64,000 nt of DNA from an uncultured candidate division Zixibacteria bacterium. GTDB lineage: Bacteria; Zixibacteria; MSB-5A5; GN15; FEB-12. The notes beneath the pieces are model-generated. The model did not search any database. It was given only the letters and a program-made list of their open reading frames with translations, and was not told the DNA's origin. Position numbers and translations under genes: made by a program. The stretch is taken from assembly GCA_963664195.1 (NCBI GenBank), contig OY760907.1, positions 448,001 through 512,000 on the forward strand. Direction: 5' to 3'. This document shows, in pieces, positions 28,705 to 37,609 of this stretch. How positions within the stretch are numbered: the stretch's first letter is position 1; the number at the start of each line of letters is the position of its first letter.

Positions 28705-29886
28705 CTAAACTTCAGATCTAGGTACTCGACCGATGCGTCTGGCGTGAACCAAAGCGAGTGTGCGATAAATCATGTGGGCGAACTTCGAGTAAGGCATATA
28801 CCACAACAGGAACCAGACACAGACCAAATGCAGGTAGTAATTCGCATAGGCCAGCATCGGCATACCGGTCAAGCGGGTCAGCCATGAAGTCATTCCGGTA
28901 AGACCGGTCAGGAAAATCACATAGAGGAAGAGATAGTCGGTGTATCCGTTGGCACCAACCGCGTCACGATTGGTCCAGCGGCGGTAAATCAGCAAAACGC
29001 CACCAACGACCAGAGCGATTCCGCTGAAGGCGCCGAGGAATTTGACCGGATGCGGCAAATTGATCGGCACCGAAAAGAACGAGTTCAACGATTCCAACCC
29101 CAGCAAATGCAGATAGTGTGGGATAAAAACGAAGACGAAAATGCATCCGGTGGTGATCATCGCACCTATGAAACCAAACAGCAGAATCATGTGACCGACA
29201 GACCTGGGTGAGTTGGCCCCGCATTCTCTGAAACGGTTGTGCGACAAAATCTCCATAACTACCGGAATCAGTGCACCAAAAAAAGATGTCTGATACGTTT
29301 GCCCCGGTTGCCGCAGCATTTTCCAGAATCGCATGAATCCGATCGCCGCAAACATGAATATGAAGATATTGCCGGCCACGAACAGTGCGTCCACCGTGCT
29401 GTGCGGCAGGAACAGATTGAAATCAACCGGGTCGGCGTTCAGGAACAGGTAGCTACCGTCCGAAGCGGTCGGGGCAAAAAACATAATGCAAGCGAGCAAA
29501 ATGAGAGCCGGGACAGCGATTAGGGCCGGAAGCGCTTTTGGAGAGGCGAGAGCACTGCCCATGAATGACGGGAATGCGAAGCTCTTATATACCCAGGAGC
29601 GAATAGCCGCGAGAACATCACCAGGCCTCGCGCCGCGTGGACAGTAAGTGCTGCAGTCGTTGCACTGGTAGCAGAGCCAGACGTCCGGATCGGCCATCAG
29701 CTTCTCCTTGTCACCCCAGCCCGCCCAGAGCATCTCCTTCCTGGGGAACGGCTTATCTGCAGGAGAAAGGTTGCAGACCATTGAACACGTCGCACACTGA
29801 TAGCACTTCTTAAGTGTATCTCCCCCAGCCTTCTTGACATCCCGGATGAATTCCAGATCAGGTTCAATCAATCGCCCCTTAGCCAT
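28705..29886 (-). CDS. qmoC: QmoC (HdrC-like Fe-S domain plus membrane cytochrome b domain)
   Basis: IEPDLEF...GGDTLKKCYQCATCSMVC...PFPRKEM..A.WG, CYQCNDCSTYCPRGARPGD, PYSKFAH..YR; ATG 29886 (MAKGR) follows a GAGGAG RBS. Confidence 0.93.
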   Translation of the reverse strand: MAKGRLIEPDLEFIRDVKKAGGDTLKKCYQCATCSMVCNLSPADKPFPRKEMLWAGWGDKEKLMADPDVWLCYQCNDCSTYCPRGARPGDVLAAIRSWVYKSFAFPSFMGSALASPKALPALIAVPALILLACIMFFAPTASDGSYLFLNADPVDFNLFLPHSTVDALFVAGNIFIFMFAAIGFMRFWKMLRQPGQTYQTSFFGALIPVVMEILSHNRFRECGANSPRSVGHMILLFGFIGAMITTGCIFVFVFIPHYLHLLGLESLNSFFSVPINLPHPVKFLGAFSGIALVVGGVLLIYRRWTNRDAVGANGYTDYLFLYVIFLTGLTGMTSWLTRLTGMPMLAYANYYLHLVCVWFLLWYMPYSKFAHMIYRTLALVHARRIGRVPRSEV

Positions 29887-29953
29887 GGGCATTCTCCTCA
29901 TTTTCATTCGTAGAAACTTGACCGACTTATGTGGTACGGCCTCGACCGCCTCG

Positions 29954-29982
29954 AAAATACTTTTGGGGCGCAATTCTGTCAA
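29954..29982 (-). promoter_or_regulatory. Sigma70-like promoter of qmoC
   Basis: Minus strand TTGACA-17 nt-TATTTT. Confidence 0.6.
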
Positions 29983-29988
29983 GCCGAA

Positions 29989-30006
29989 TAGTTACTTTTT
30001 TCACAA
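29989..30006. promoter_or_regulatory. Rex-like operator next to the qmoC -35
   Basis: TAGTTACTTTTTTCACAA (minus strand TTGTGAAAAAAGTAACTA). Confidence 0.65.
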
Positions 30007-30395
30007 TCTCGATACGCCCGGCATCAATACTGTTCGATTTGACCCATAGGACAAACTAACCATGGATAGGGCAAAAAAACAATCAAAACTATCGCCTTTG
30101 CTGACCTACTGACAATACTTGTCTGTGGGAACATCCCCATACCTTGAGAGTACAAAGTAATATATATTCTTCAATAAGGAGTAACAGGACAAGGACAGTC
30201 CGCAAAAGGTCACAATTCGGTATTGATTTGCCGCTCGATTTTTCGACTGTCAGGTGCTCGAATCGGTCGCTTGTGGGTTGAGAATCGGCAACCTGAGCCG
30301 GCAATAATCCGTGGCGATAAACTATTTTGATACAAAGAGATATACTGACCGCACCGATCTCCGGATTATTAATGGGTAGAGCGGCTATTTTCCAC

Positions 30396-30424
30396 TTGAC
30401 AGGGTATCTGATAGGGGTTACTTT
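30396..30424 (+). promoter_or_regulatory. Sigma70-like promoter of sat-aprBA
   Basis: TTGACA-17 nt-TACTTT. Confidence 0.65.
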
Positions 30425-30482
30425 TTGCCCACAATGGCTACTGGGAAAGACACGGCAAATAGCGGTATTATCAGAAATAACT

Positions 30483-30500
30483 TTGTGAAAAAAGGTACAT
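30483..30500. promoter_or_regulatory. Rex-like operator 1 in sat leader
   Basis: TTGTGAAAAAAGGTACAT. Confidence 0.5.
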
Positions 30501-30561
30501 GGCCGATGTCAGCTTGTAGGATGGCGAGCGCCTGAGTGCAGCTCCTTTTTTTTGCCATCAC

Positions 30562-30579
30562 TTGTGAAAAAAATTACAA
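30562..30579. promoter_or_regulatory. Rex-like operator 2 in sat leader
   Basis: TTGTGAAAAAAATTACAA. Confidence 0.7.
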
Positions 30580-30650
30580 CCACGAGTCGAATTGCGAAAT
30601 AACTCAAGTACGATATTCACTCAAACTTATCAGATGAAAGGCCACAGAAC

Positions 30651-31880
30651 ATGGCTGAATCAAAACTGATATCTCCCCACGGCTCAGCCGAGCTGAAAAT
30701 CTTGCTTCTTGAAGGCAAGGCGCGGGAAGATGAATTGAAGAAAGCTGAGACTCTTCCGAAAGTGGTAATGACCACTCGTGAAACCGGCGACCTGATTATG
30801 CTTGGTATCGGCGGCTTCACACCTCTGGAAGGTTTCATGGGCGAAGCCGACTGGAAGGGCGTCTGTGAAAAGATGACCATGGCCAACGGCGTTTTCTGGC
30901 CGATCCCGGTCACGCTGTCTCACGACGCGAAGGTTGACGCAGGAACCGAGATTTGTCTCGTCTCCGGCGAAACCGACGAGATCATGGGCACTATGAAAGT
31001 GACCGAGTGCTACAAAATCGACAAAGAGTTCGAATGCAAGCACGTTTTCACGACGACCGAAGCGGATCACCCGGGCGTCAAGATGGTCATGGCTCAGAAG
31101 GAATTCAACCTGGCCGGTCCGGTCAAGGTCCTCTCTGAGAGCTACTTCCCGAAAGAATTCGGCGATATTTACATGCGCCCGGCCGAGAGCCGCAAAGAAT
31201 TCGCGGAAAAGGGTTGGAAGACCGTCGCTGCCCTGCAGCTTCGTAACCCGATGCACCGTTCCCACGAGTATCTGGCCAAGATCGCGACCGAAGTCAGCGA
31301 TGGCCTGTTCATTCATCAGTTGGTTGGCGGCCTGAAACCGGGCGATATCCCGGCCGACGTCCGTGTCAACTGCATCAACACCCTGGTCGATGGTTACTTC
31401 GACAAGGGTCGTGTCGTCACCGGTGGCTACCCGCTTGATATGCGCTATGCCGGTCCGCGTGAAGGCCTCCTGCACGCCGTGTTCCGTCAGAACTTCGGCT
31501 GCACCCACATGATCATCGGTCGTGACCACGCTGGCGTAGGCGATTACTACGGTCCGTTCGATGCTCAGGAAATCTTCTACAAGCTTCCGGAAGGCGCCCT
31601 GGAGTGCAAGATGTTGCCGATCGATTGGACGTTCTGGTGCTACAAGTGCGGTGGTATGGCTTCGATGAAGACCTGCCCGCATGCCAAGGAAGATCGTTTG
31701 TTCCTTTCCGGCACGGCGCTTCGCAAGGCTCTCTCTGAGGGTGGCGACGTTCCGGCCGAATTCAGCCGTCCGGAAGTCCTGAAGATCTTGCGTGAGTACT
31801 ACGCGAGCATCAAGGACGAGGACAAGGTTGAAGTGAAGATGCACGGTCACGCGACCGGCGACGCAGATACGAAGAAATAA
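30651..31880 (+). CDS. sat: Sulfate adenylyltransferase
   Basis: [42 protein letters not shown]...CPH. Confidence 0.98.
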   Translation: MAESKLISPHGSAELKILLLEGKAREDELKKAETLPKVVMTTRETGDLIMLGIGGFTPLEGFMGEADWKGVCEKMTMANGVFWPIPVTLSHDAKVDAGTEICLVSGETDEIMGTMKVTECYKIDKEFECKHVFTTTEADHPGVKMVMAQKEFNLAGPVKVLSESYFPKEFGDIYMRPAESRKEFAEKGWKTVAALQLRNPMHRSHEYLAKIATEVSDGLFIHQLVGGLKPGDIPADVRVNCINTLVDGYFDKGRVVTGGYPLDMRYAGPREGLLHAVFRQNFGCTHMIIGRDHAGVGDYYGPFDAQEIFYKLPEGALECKMLPIDWTFWCYKCGGMASMKTCPHAKEDRLFLSGTALRKALSEGGDVPAEFSRPEVLKILREYYASIKDEDKVEVKMHGHATGDADTKK

Positions 31881-31940
31881 GTTAGAAGCAATAAACTTTG
31901 AAGTAGAGCATATGTTCAATCAACGAATCAGGAGGAATGA

Positions 31941-32384
31941 ATGCCAAGCTTCGTGATTACAGAAAAGTGCGATGGGTGTAAGGCACTGGATAAGACTGCT
32001 TGCCAGTACATCTGCCCCAACGACTTGATGGTCCTCAACAAGGACAAAATGAAGGCCACTAACCAGGCCCCCGATATGTGCTGGGAATGCATGTGTTGTG
32101 TCAAAATCTGCCCGGTGCAGGCAATTGAAGTTCGCGGTTACGCTGACTTCGTGCCGCTTGGCGCCGCAGTCACCCCGATGCGCTCCTCTGACTCCATTAT
32201 GTGGACTGTAAAGTTCCGTAACGGTCAGCTCAAGCGCTTCAAGTTCCCGATCCGGACCACTCCGGAGGGTTCAGCAGTTCCCGATGGCGGTTACGAAACC
32301 GGCACCGACGATCTCAAGAGCCCTTGGCTGTTCACCGAGCCCGCTTCCAGCAAGTGCGGCGATGACATCCCAAAGGTGAAGTAA
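31941..32384 (+). CDS. aprB: APS reductase beta subunit
   Basis: MPSFV..KCDGCK...CQYICP, CWECMCCVKICP, RGYADF, KRFKFPIRTT. Confidence 0.97.
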   Translation: MPSFVITEKCDGCKALDKTACQYICPNDLMVLNKDKMKATNQAPDMCWECMCCVKICPVQAIEVRGYADFVPLGAAVTPMRSSDSIMWTVKFRNGQLKRFKFPIRTTPEGSAVPDGGYETGTDDLKSPWLFTEPASSKCGDDIPKVK

Positions 32385-32402
32385 GAAAGGAAGTGTGAGG
32401 AT

Positions 32403-34271
32403 ATGGCGAATTTTGAAACAGTAGAAGTAACCACTGATGTTCTTATACTCGGTGGTGGTATGGCCGCCTGTGGTGCTGCTGTTGAAGCCGCTCACTGGTG
32501 CAAAAAGAACAACCTGAAGGTGACTTTGGTTGACAAGGCTGCCATGGATCGCTCTGGTGCGGTTGCCATGGGTCTGTCCGCCATCAACCAGTACGTTGAC
32601 GTCAACACTGGTTCCAACACCATTCAGGACTATGTTGACTACGTCCGCAACGATCTCATGGGCATCTGCCGTGAAGACCAGGTTGCGAACATCGCCCGTC
32701 ACGTTGACTCTTCGGTTCACCTGTTTGAAAAATGGGGTCTGCCGATCTGGAAAGACGCCGACGGCAAGTACGTGCACGAAGGTCGCTGGCAGCTCATGAT
32801 CAACGGCGAATCCTACAAGATCATCGTTGCTGAAGCCGCCAAGAATGCGATCGGCATGGACAACATCTACGAGCGCGTTTTCATCGTTGAGCCGCTGATG
32901 GACGGCGACCGTGTCGCTGGTGCCGTTGGCTTCAGTGTCCGTGAAAACAAGTTCTACGTCTTCAAGGCGAAGGCCGTCCTGGCTTCCATGGGTGGCGCGG
33001 TACACGTATTCCGTCCGCGTTCAACCGGTGAAGGTCTTGGTCGTTCGTGGTACCCGCCGTTTAACTCCGGCGCCTCCACGTATTTCACCCTGAAGGCCGG
33101 TGCGGAAATGACCTGTCAGGAAGTCCGTTTCATCCCGGTCCGCTTCAAAGATGCGTACGGCCCGGTTGGAGCCTGGTTCCTTCTGTTCAAGTCCCGTGCC
33201 ACCAACGGTCAGGGCGAAGCTTACATGCAGACCCGCGCCGAGGAACTTCAGAAGTGGAAACCGTACGGCCTGGTCAAGCCGGTCCCGGCTAACCTGCGTA
33301 ACTGGCTCATGATGCTCGACGTCATGGACGGCAAGGGCCCGATCTACATGCGTACGGAAGAAGCTATCGCGAAGCTGTCCGAACAGGTTCCGGATGAAAA
33401 GGCTCGTAAGAAAAAACTTAAAGAGCTCGAATCCGAAGCCTGGGAAGATTTCCTGGATATGACCATCTCGCAGGCCATCCTCTGGGCTGCCACCAACACC
33501 ATGCCGGAAGAAAAGCCGTCGGAAATCGCCGCTTGTGAACCGTACTTCATCGGTTCTCACTCTGGTGCCTCCGGTGCCTGGGTTTCCGGTCCGGAAGATC
33601 TCGCCCACAAGGATTACTTCTGGGGTTACCCGCAGATGACGACCGTCAAGGGTCTGTTTGCTGCCGGTGATGCTTCTGGTGCCTCCAGTCACAAGTTCTC
33701 CTCCGGCTCCCATGCTGAGGGAAGAATTGCGGCAAAGGGCTGTGCGCTGTACTGCGTAGAGAATACCGATCAGCCGAAGGTTGACATGGCTGAAGTTGAA
33801 AAGCTCAAAGAGACCATCCTTAAGCCGTTGGCTCTCTTCGAAGAGCACAAGAACTTCTCCACGGATGAAACAGTCAACCCGAACTACATTCGTCCGGACC
33901 AGTTCATGTTCCGTCTGCAGAAGATCATGGATGAGTACGCCGGCGGCGTCTCAACCAGCTTCACCACCAACAAGCAGCTTCTTGAGAAGGGCCTGGAACT
34001 CCTGGCCATGCTCGGAGAAGACGCTCCGTCGCTTGGTGCTCAGAATCTGCACGAACTGATGCGCTGTTGGGAGAATGTCCACCGCATGTGGCAGGCTCAA
34101 TCCCACGTCCGCACTATCCTGTTCCGCGAGGAAACTCGCTGGCCGGGTTACTACTACCGTGCTGACCTTCCGACCATGAACGAAGACTGGGAATGCTTTG
34201 CCAACTGTAAGTGGGATCGCAGCTCCGGTGAATGGGAAATGCTGAAGCGCCCGATGCATCGCGTCTACTAA
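32403..34271 (+). CDS. aprA: APS reductase alpha subunit
   Basis: RSGAVAMGLSAIN, GRWQLMINGESYK, RFKDAYGPVGAWFL, HKFSSGSHAEGR, REETRWPGYYYR. Confidence 0.98.
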   Translation: MANFETVEVTTDVLILGGGMAACGAAVEAAHWCKKNNLKVTLVDKAAMDRSGAVAMGLSAINQYVDVNTGSNTIQDYVDYVRNDLMGICREDQVANIARHVDSSVHLFEKWGLPIWKDADGKYVHEGRWQLMINGESYKIIVAEAAKNAIGMDNIYERVFIVEPLMDGDRVAGAVGFSVRENKFYVFKAKAVLASMGGAVHVFRPRSTGEGLGRSWYPPFNSGASTYFTLKAGAEMTCQEVRFIPVRFKDAYGPVGAWFLLFKSRATNGQGEAYMQTRAEELQKWKPYGLVKPVPANLRNWLMMLDVMDGKGPIYMRTEEAIAKLSEQVPDEKARKKKLKELESEAWEDFLDMTISQAILWAATNTMPEEKPSEIAACEPYFIGSHSGASGAWVSGPEDLAHKDYFWGYPQMTTVKGLFAAGDASGASSHKFSSGSHAEGRIAAKGCALYCVENTDQPKVDMAEVEKLKETILKPLALFEEHKNFSTDETVNPNYIRPDQFMFRLQKIMDEYAGGVSTSFTTNKQLLEKGLELLAMLGEDAPSLGAQNLHELMRCWENVHRMWQAQSHVRTILFREETRWPGYYYRADLPTMNEDWECFANCKWDRSSGEWEMLKRPMHRVY

Positions 34272-34312
34272 TCGTAGTCGACGGCGATGAATGATCGCTT
34301 CTGACAATACCA

Positions 34313-34348
34313 GGCTCTCCGGCCCCAAGGGTCGGAGAGCCGTTTTTT
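34313..34348 (+). terminator. Terminator after aprA
   Basis: GGCTCTCCGGCCC/GGGTCGGAGAGCC stem plus T6. Confidence 0.85.
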
Positions 34349-34434
34349 CGATAATTATCGGAGAAACTGATGCTGTCACTCGTCACCATGACACCTGACG
34401 GCATTTCGACAAAAGGGGCAAATCTCTTTTCGGG

Positions 34435-34462
34435 TTGACAGATCAGATGTATTACGTATTAT
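34435..34462 (+). promoter_or_regulatory. Sigma70-like promoter
   Basis: TTGACA-16 nt-TATTAT. Confidence 0.55.
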
Positions 34463-34511
34463 TCCCGAACGTTGACTAGTCCAGTGGACCTTTAAGAACG
34501 GATATGTTCAA

Positions 34512-34784
34512 GTGACTGAGGAAAAAGACAAAACAATGTGCCCGCACTGCGGGGTCAAGATGCTCAAATGGTTGCCTCCTGACGATTCATCCTGGGATCG
34601 CGTTTACCAGTATGTCTGCTTCAATGATGAGTGCCAATACTATGTCAAGGGTTGGGCGCACATGAAGGAGAATTACGAGCAGCAAGCCTCTTACCGCCAC
34701 CGGTATGATCCTCACACCGGCGATAGCGGTCCCCTGCCAACCTGGTCTGCGGAGGCACACCGGGATCGCATCATCGAAGAATAA
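34512..34784 (+). CDS. Small zinc-ribbon protein (Ogr/Delta-like Cys pattern)
   Basis: CPHCG...VCFNDEC.YYVKGW. Confidence 0.7.
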   Translation: MTEEKDKTMCPHCGVKMLKWLPPDDSSWDRVYQYVCFNDECQYYVKGWAHMKENYEQQASYRHRYDPHTGDSGPLPTWSAEAHRDRIIEE

Positions 34785-34796
34785 GGACAAAGAGTA

Positions 34797-35639
34797 ATGA
34801 AAGAAGTGGAGAAGCTGAAGGAAGAGATCCTCAGGGACTATCCCCGGCTCAATTTGGACAGCGCGTTTGACTTCGCCTGTCACCCCGGCGTGCCTTGCTT
34901 CAACAAGTGCTGCGCCGACGTTAATATCTTCCTGACGCCTTACGACATCATCCGGCTGAAGAATCGCCTCGGTATAACCTCTGGCGAATTCCTGCAAAAG
35001 TACACGATCGCCCCCTTCGATGAGAAGCTCAAGTACCCGGTAATCCTGTTCATGATGTCCGAAGACGATAAAAAGGCCTGCCAGTTTGTGGGACCACAGG
35101 GTTGTACCGTTTATGAGGATCGGCCGTGGGCCTGCCGCATGTATCCTCTGGGCATGGCCTCCCCCGGTGAAGGCAGCAGTGAGCTGGACGAGGAATTCTA
35201 TTTCCTCCTCAAAGAAGGCGTCTGCAAGGGCTTCAAAGAAGACAAAAAACAGACGGTAGCGGGCTGGATCAAGGATCAGGGAATCGAAGAGTATGACAAG
35301 ATGGGTGAGAACTGGAAAAACCTCACCACCCATCCTTTCTTCCAGCAGGAAAACGCAACGCTCACGCCTCCGAAAGTGGAGATGTTTTTCACCGTCTGTT
35401 ACAACATAGACAAGTTCCGTGATTTCGTTTTTGGCAGCACTTTCCTCGACAAGTTCGAGATTGATGAAAAGACCGTCGCTGCGATCAAGGAAGACGATGT
35501 CGCCCTGCTGAATTTCGGTTACACCTGGCTTCGTTTTGCCCTGTTTGGCGAGAAGACAATCCCGGTGAAATCGGATGTTCTCGACGCCAAGAAGGCCCAG
35601 ATGGACAAAGAGTCCAAAGAGAAAAAAGCGGACGAGTAG
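34797..35639 (+). CDS. YkgJ-family cysteine-cluster protein
   Basis: FACHPGVPCFNKCC...CQFV...GCTVYEDRPWACRMYP...CKG. Confidence 0.85.
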   Translation: MKEVEKLKEEILRDYPRLNLDSAFDFACHPGVPCFNKCCADVNIFLTPYDIIRLKNRLGITSGEFLQKYTIAPFDEKLKYPVILFMMSEDDKKACQFVGPQGCTVYEDRPWACRMYPLGMASPGEGSSELDEEFYFLLKEGVCKGFKEDKKQTVAGWIKDQGIEEYDKMGENWKNLTTHPFFQQENATLTPPKVEMFFTVCYNIDKFRDFVFGSTFLDKFEIDEKTVAAIKEDDVALLNFGYTWLRFALFGEKTIPVKSDVLDAKKAQMDKESKEKKADE

Positions 35640-35707
35640 CCTATATCTTTCGGACTGTCGGTAGGCCTGTCGAGGCTTCTCGGCGGTTGGCTTCCGATCT
35701 CAAAATG

Positions 35708-35746
35708 AAACGCCGGAGGTCTCAAAACGAGCTTTCGGCGTTTTTC
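35708..35746 (+). terminator. Probable terminator after the YkgJ gene
   Basis: AAACGCCGGAG...CTTTCGGCGTTT imperfect stem with a T-run. Confidence 0.6.
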
Positions 35747-36042
35747 TTGTGTCTCCCCCAGCCTGCCTTTCGCAGGGCTTCCACATCAAGACCTGACCGT
35801 GACGACCGTTCTTGTACTTTTTAAGACTTCCAATTCAAGAGCACACCGACCACGCGACGCACGCGCGGCCATAACGCCTTACAAATTGGCCTCTTACAGG
35901 CATCACAGGCGACTTATGCGACCCATAATATCCTTTCGTCCAGTGGATTCGGCCCTCTCCCTCGAACAGCTCGGGACGGAAACGAATGTCAACACGGTAT
36001 TACTTTTTTCGAGAGAAGCTGCATTTTGGGGGACGTTCTTGC

Positions 36043-36071
36043 TTGACTGGAAAGTGTAGCTTTCATATACT
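36043..36071 (+). promoter_or_regulatory. Sigma70-like promoter with a palindrome in the spacer
   Basis: TTGACT-17 nt-TATACT; the spacer contains GAAAG-tgtag-CTTTC. Confidence 0.65.
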
Positions 36072-36106
36072 GTAGAATCAACAATTTCTGTGTTTTGAGG
36101 TGTTGA

Positions 36107-36625
36107 ATGGCCGGTTCTAACGACAATGTTAGAGAAAAGTTTCACAAGCTCACCAATAGTCCCAAGTCGGTGAACGGGGACGAGCGGACGACTGATTGGG
36201 AAGCCGTGATTTCTATTGGTACAGCGGCAAAGATAGTCAACCTGTCGGTTTCGGCACTGCGCAAGTATGAGAAGGAAGGGCTGCTGATCTTTCATCGTTC
36301 TGAATCGGGGCGGCGTCTCCTTTGTCGTGCGGACATCAAACGCATTGAGATGATAAAGCACATGATCGGCGACATCGGGCTTAATCTGGAAGGTATCCGT
36401 CGTCTGCTGGCCCTTCTCCCCTGCTGGGATCTTCGGCTTTGTCCCAAGAAAGAGCAGAAGAAGTGCGAGGCCATAAGTAACAACGTGAAACCGTGCTGGA
36501 TGATAGAGTCAACCTGGTGTCGCCGGCAGGAATTGGACTGCAGGCAATGTGAAGTATATCGCTACGGTGCATATTGCGCGGTGACGATGAAGCTGCTCCT
36601 GCGTCATACTGACAATAAGGGTTAA
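36107..36625 (+). CDS. MerR-family regulator with Cys-rich (two CW motifs) C-terminal domain
   Basis: ISIGTAAKIVNLSVSALRKYEKEGLL HTH; PCW...C...C...PCW...C...CRQCEVY tail. Confidence 0.85.
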   Translation: MAGSNDNVREKFHKLTNSPKSVNGDERTTDWEAVISIGTAAKIVNLSVSALRKYEKEGLLIFHRSESGRRLLCRADIKRIEMIKHMIGDIGLNLEGIRRLLALLPCWDLRLCPKKEQKKCEAISNNVKPCWMIESTWCRRQELDCRQCEVYRYGAYCAVTMKLLLRHTDNKG

Positions 36626-36673
36626 TTGATATTAGAAGGGCGATGTCTTTTGGAGCATCGCATGGAGGATTGA

Positions 36674-37609
36674 ATGGGCGGACTGCAACTGCTGTTTTAT
36701 GTCTCGATCCTGGTATTCGTCATTGGGACGGCCTACAAGGCGATCCAAATGTCGAGAATGCCCCTGCACTTGCGCTGGGACCTCTACCCCATCCCGCATG
36801 AAAAGGGGAAGGGACATTACGGAGGATCGTATTACGAGGAAGTGGACTGGTGGACGAAACCGGCTGAGGTCTCCATATCGGGCGAGCTGTCCGAGATGGG
36901 CAAGGAGATTTTCTTCATCCAGTCGATGTACCACAACAACAAGCCAATGTGGGTGTTCTCATTCCCGTTCCATTTCGGACTGTATTTGTCGATCGGGTTC
37001 GTAGTGTTGGCATACACCGGCGCGGTTCTGGGGTTGGTTGACATTCCGGTCACTGCGGAATCGGGCAACATTCTTGCCAAGGCTGTGTATTACCTAACCC
37101 CCATATTCGGCGTTACAGGAGCCGCCATGGGAGCGTTTGGTGCTCTGGGGCTGTTTTTTAGCCGCATATTCAAGTATGATCTGCGAGCAACCTCGGTCTG
37201 GTCTGACTATTTCAACGTGTTGCTGATCGCGGCCGTGTTTATTACAACAATATGGAGCTGGGTCTCTTTTGACGGCAGCTTTGACTCTGCACGTGCCTTT
37301 GCGACCAGTGTCCTGACGTTCTCCGGTACGGAGGGCATGCCGACCCTGGGGATCGTCCACTACTCTCTGGCATCAGTATTCATGCTCTGGCTTCCCTTCA
37401 CCCACATGACGCATTTCGTGGGGAAGTATTTTACGTATCACAAAGTGAAATGGGAAGATCACCCGAACAAATCGGGCAGCGGTATGGAGCAGGAAGTAAT
37501 GAAAACCCTCGGCAACAAGATAACCTGGTCAGCCCCCCACATCAAGTCCGGCGGTTCCTGGGCGGATGCGGCGACAGCCAGCGATGACGAGGAGGACAAC
37601 AAGAAATGA
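36674..37609 (+). CDS. Second DsrM/NarI-like membrane cytochrome b
   Basis: PLHLRWDLYPIPHE, FPFHFGLY, LPFTHMTHFVGKYF; polytopic; overlaps the next gene by ATGA. Confidence 0.8.
   Translation: MGGLQLLFYVSILVFVIGTAYKAIQMSRMPLHLRWDLYPIPHEKGKGHYGGSYYEEVDWWTKPAEVSISGELSEMGKEIFFIQSMYHNNKPMWVFSFPFHFGLYLSIGFVVLAYTGAVLGLVDIPVTAESGNILAKAVYYLTPIFGVTGAAMGAFGALGLFFSRIFKYDLRATSVWSDYFNVLLIAAVFITTIWSWVSFDGSFDSARAFATSVLTFSGTEGMPTLGIVHYSLASVFMLWLPFTHMTHFVGKYFTYHKVKWEDHPNKSGSGMEQEVMKTLGNKITWSAPHIKSGGSWADAATASDDEEDNKK

Noticed and set aside
29887..29982. Longer qmoC start (TTG 29982)
   Set aside because: That TTG is the -35 box; RBS and homology favour ATG 29886.
30684..31919. 411-aa antisense ORF over sat, and similar long antisense ORFs over dsr/apr/hem genes
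   Set aside because: Mirror frames expected from strong codon bias; no motifs or RBS.
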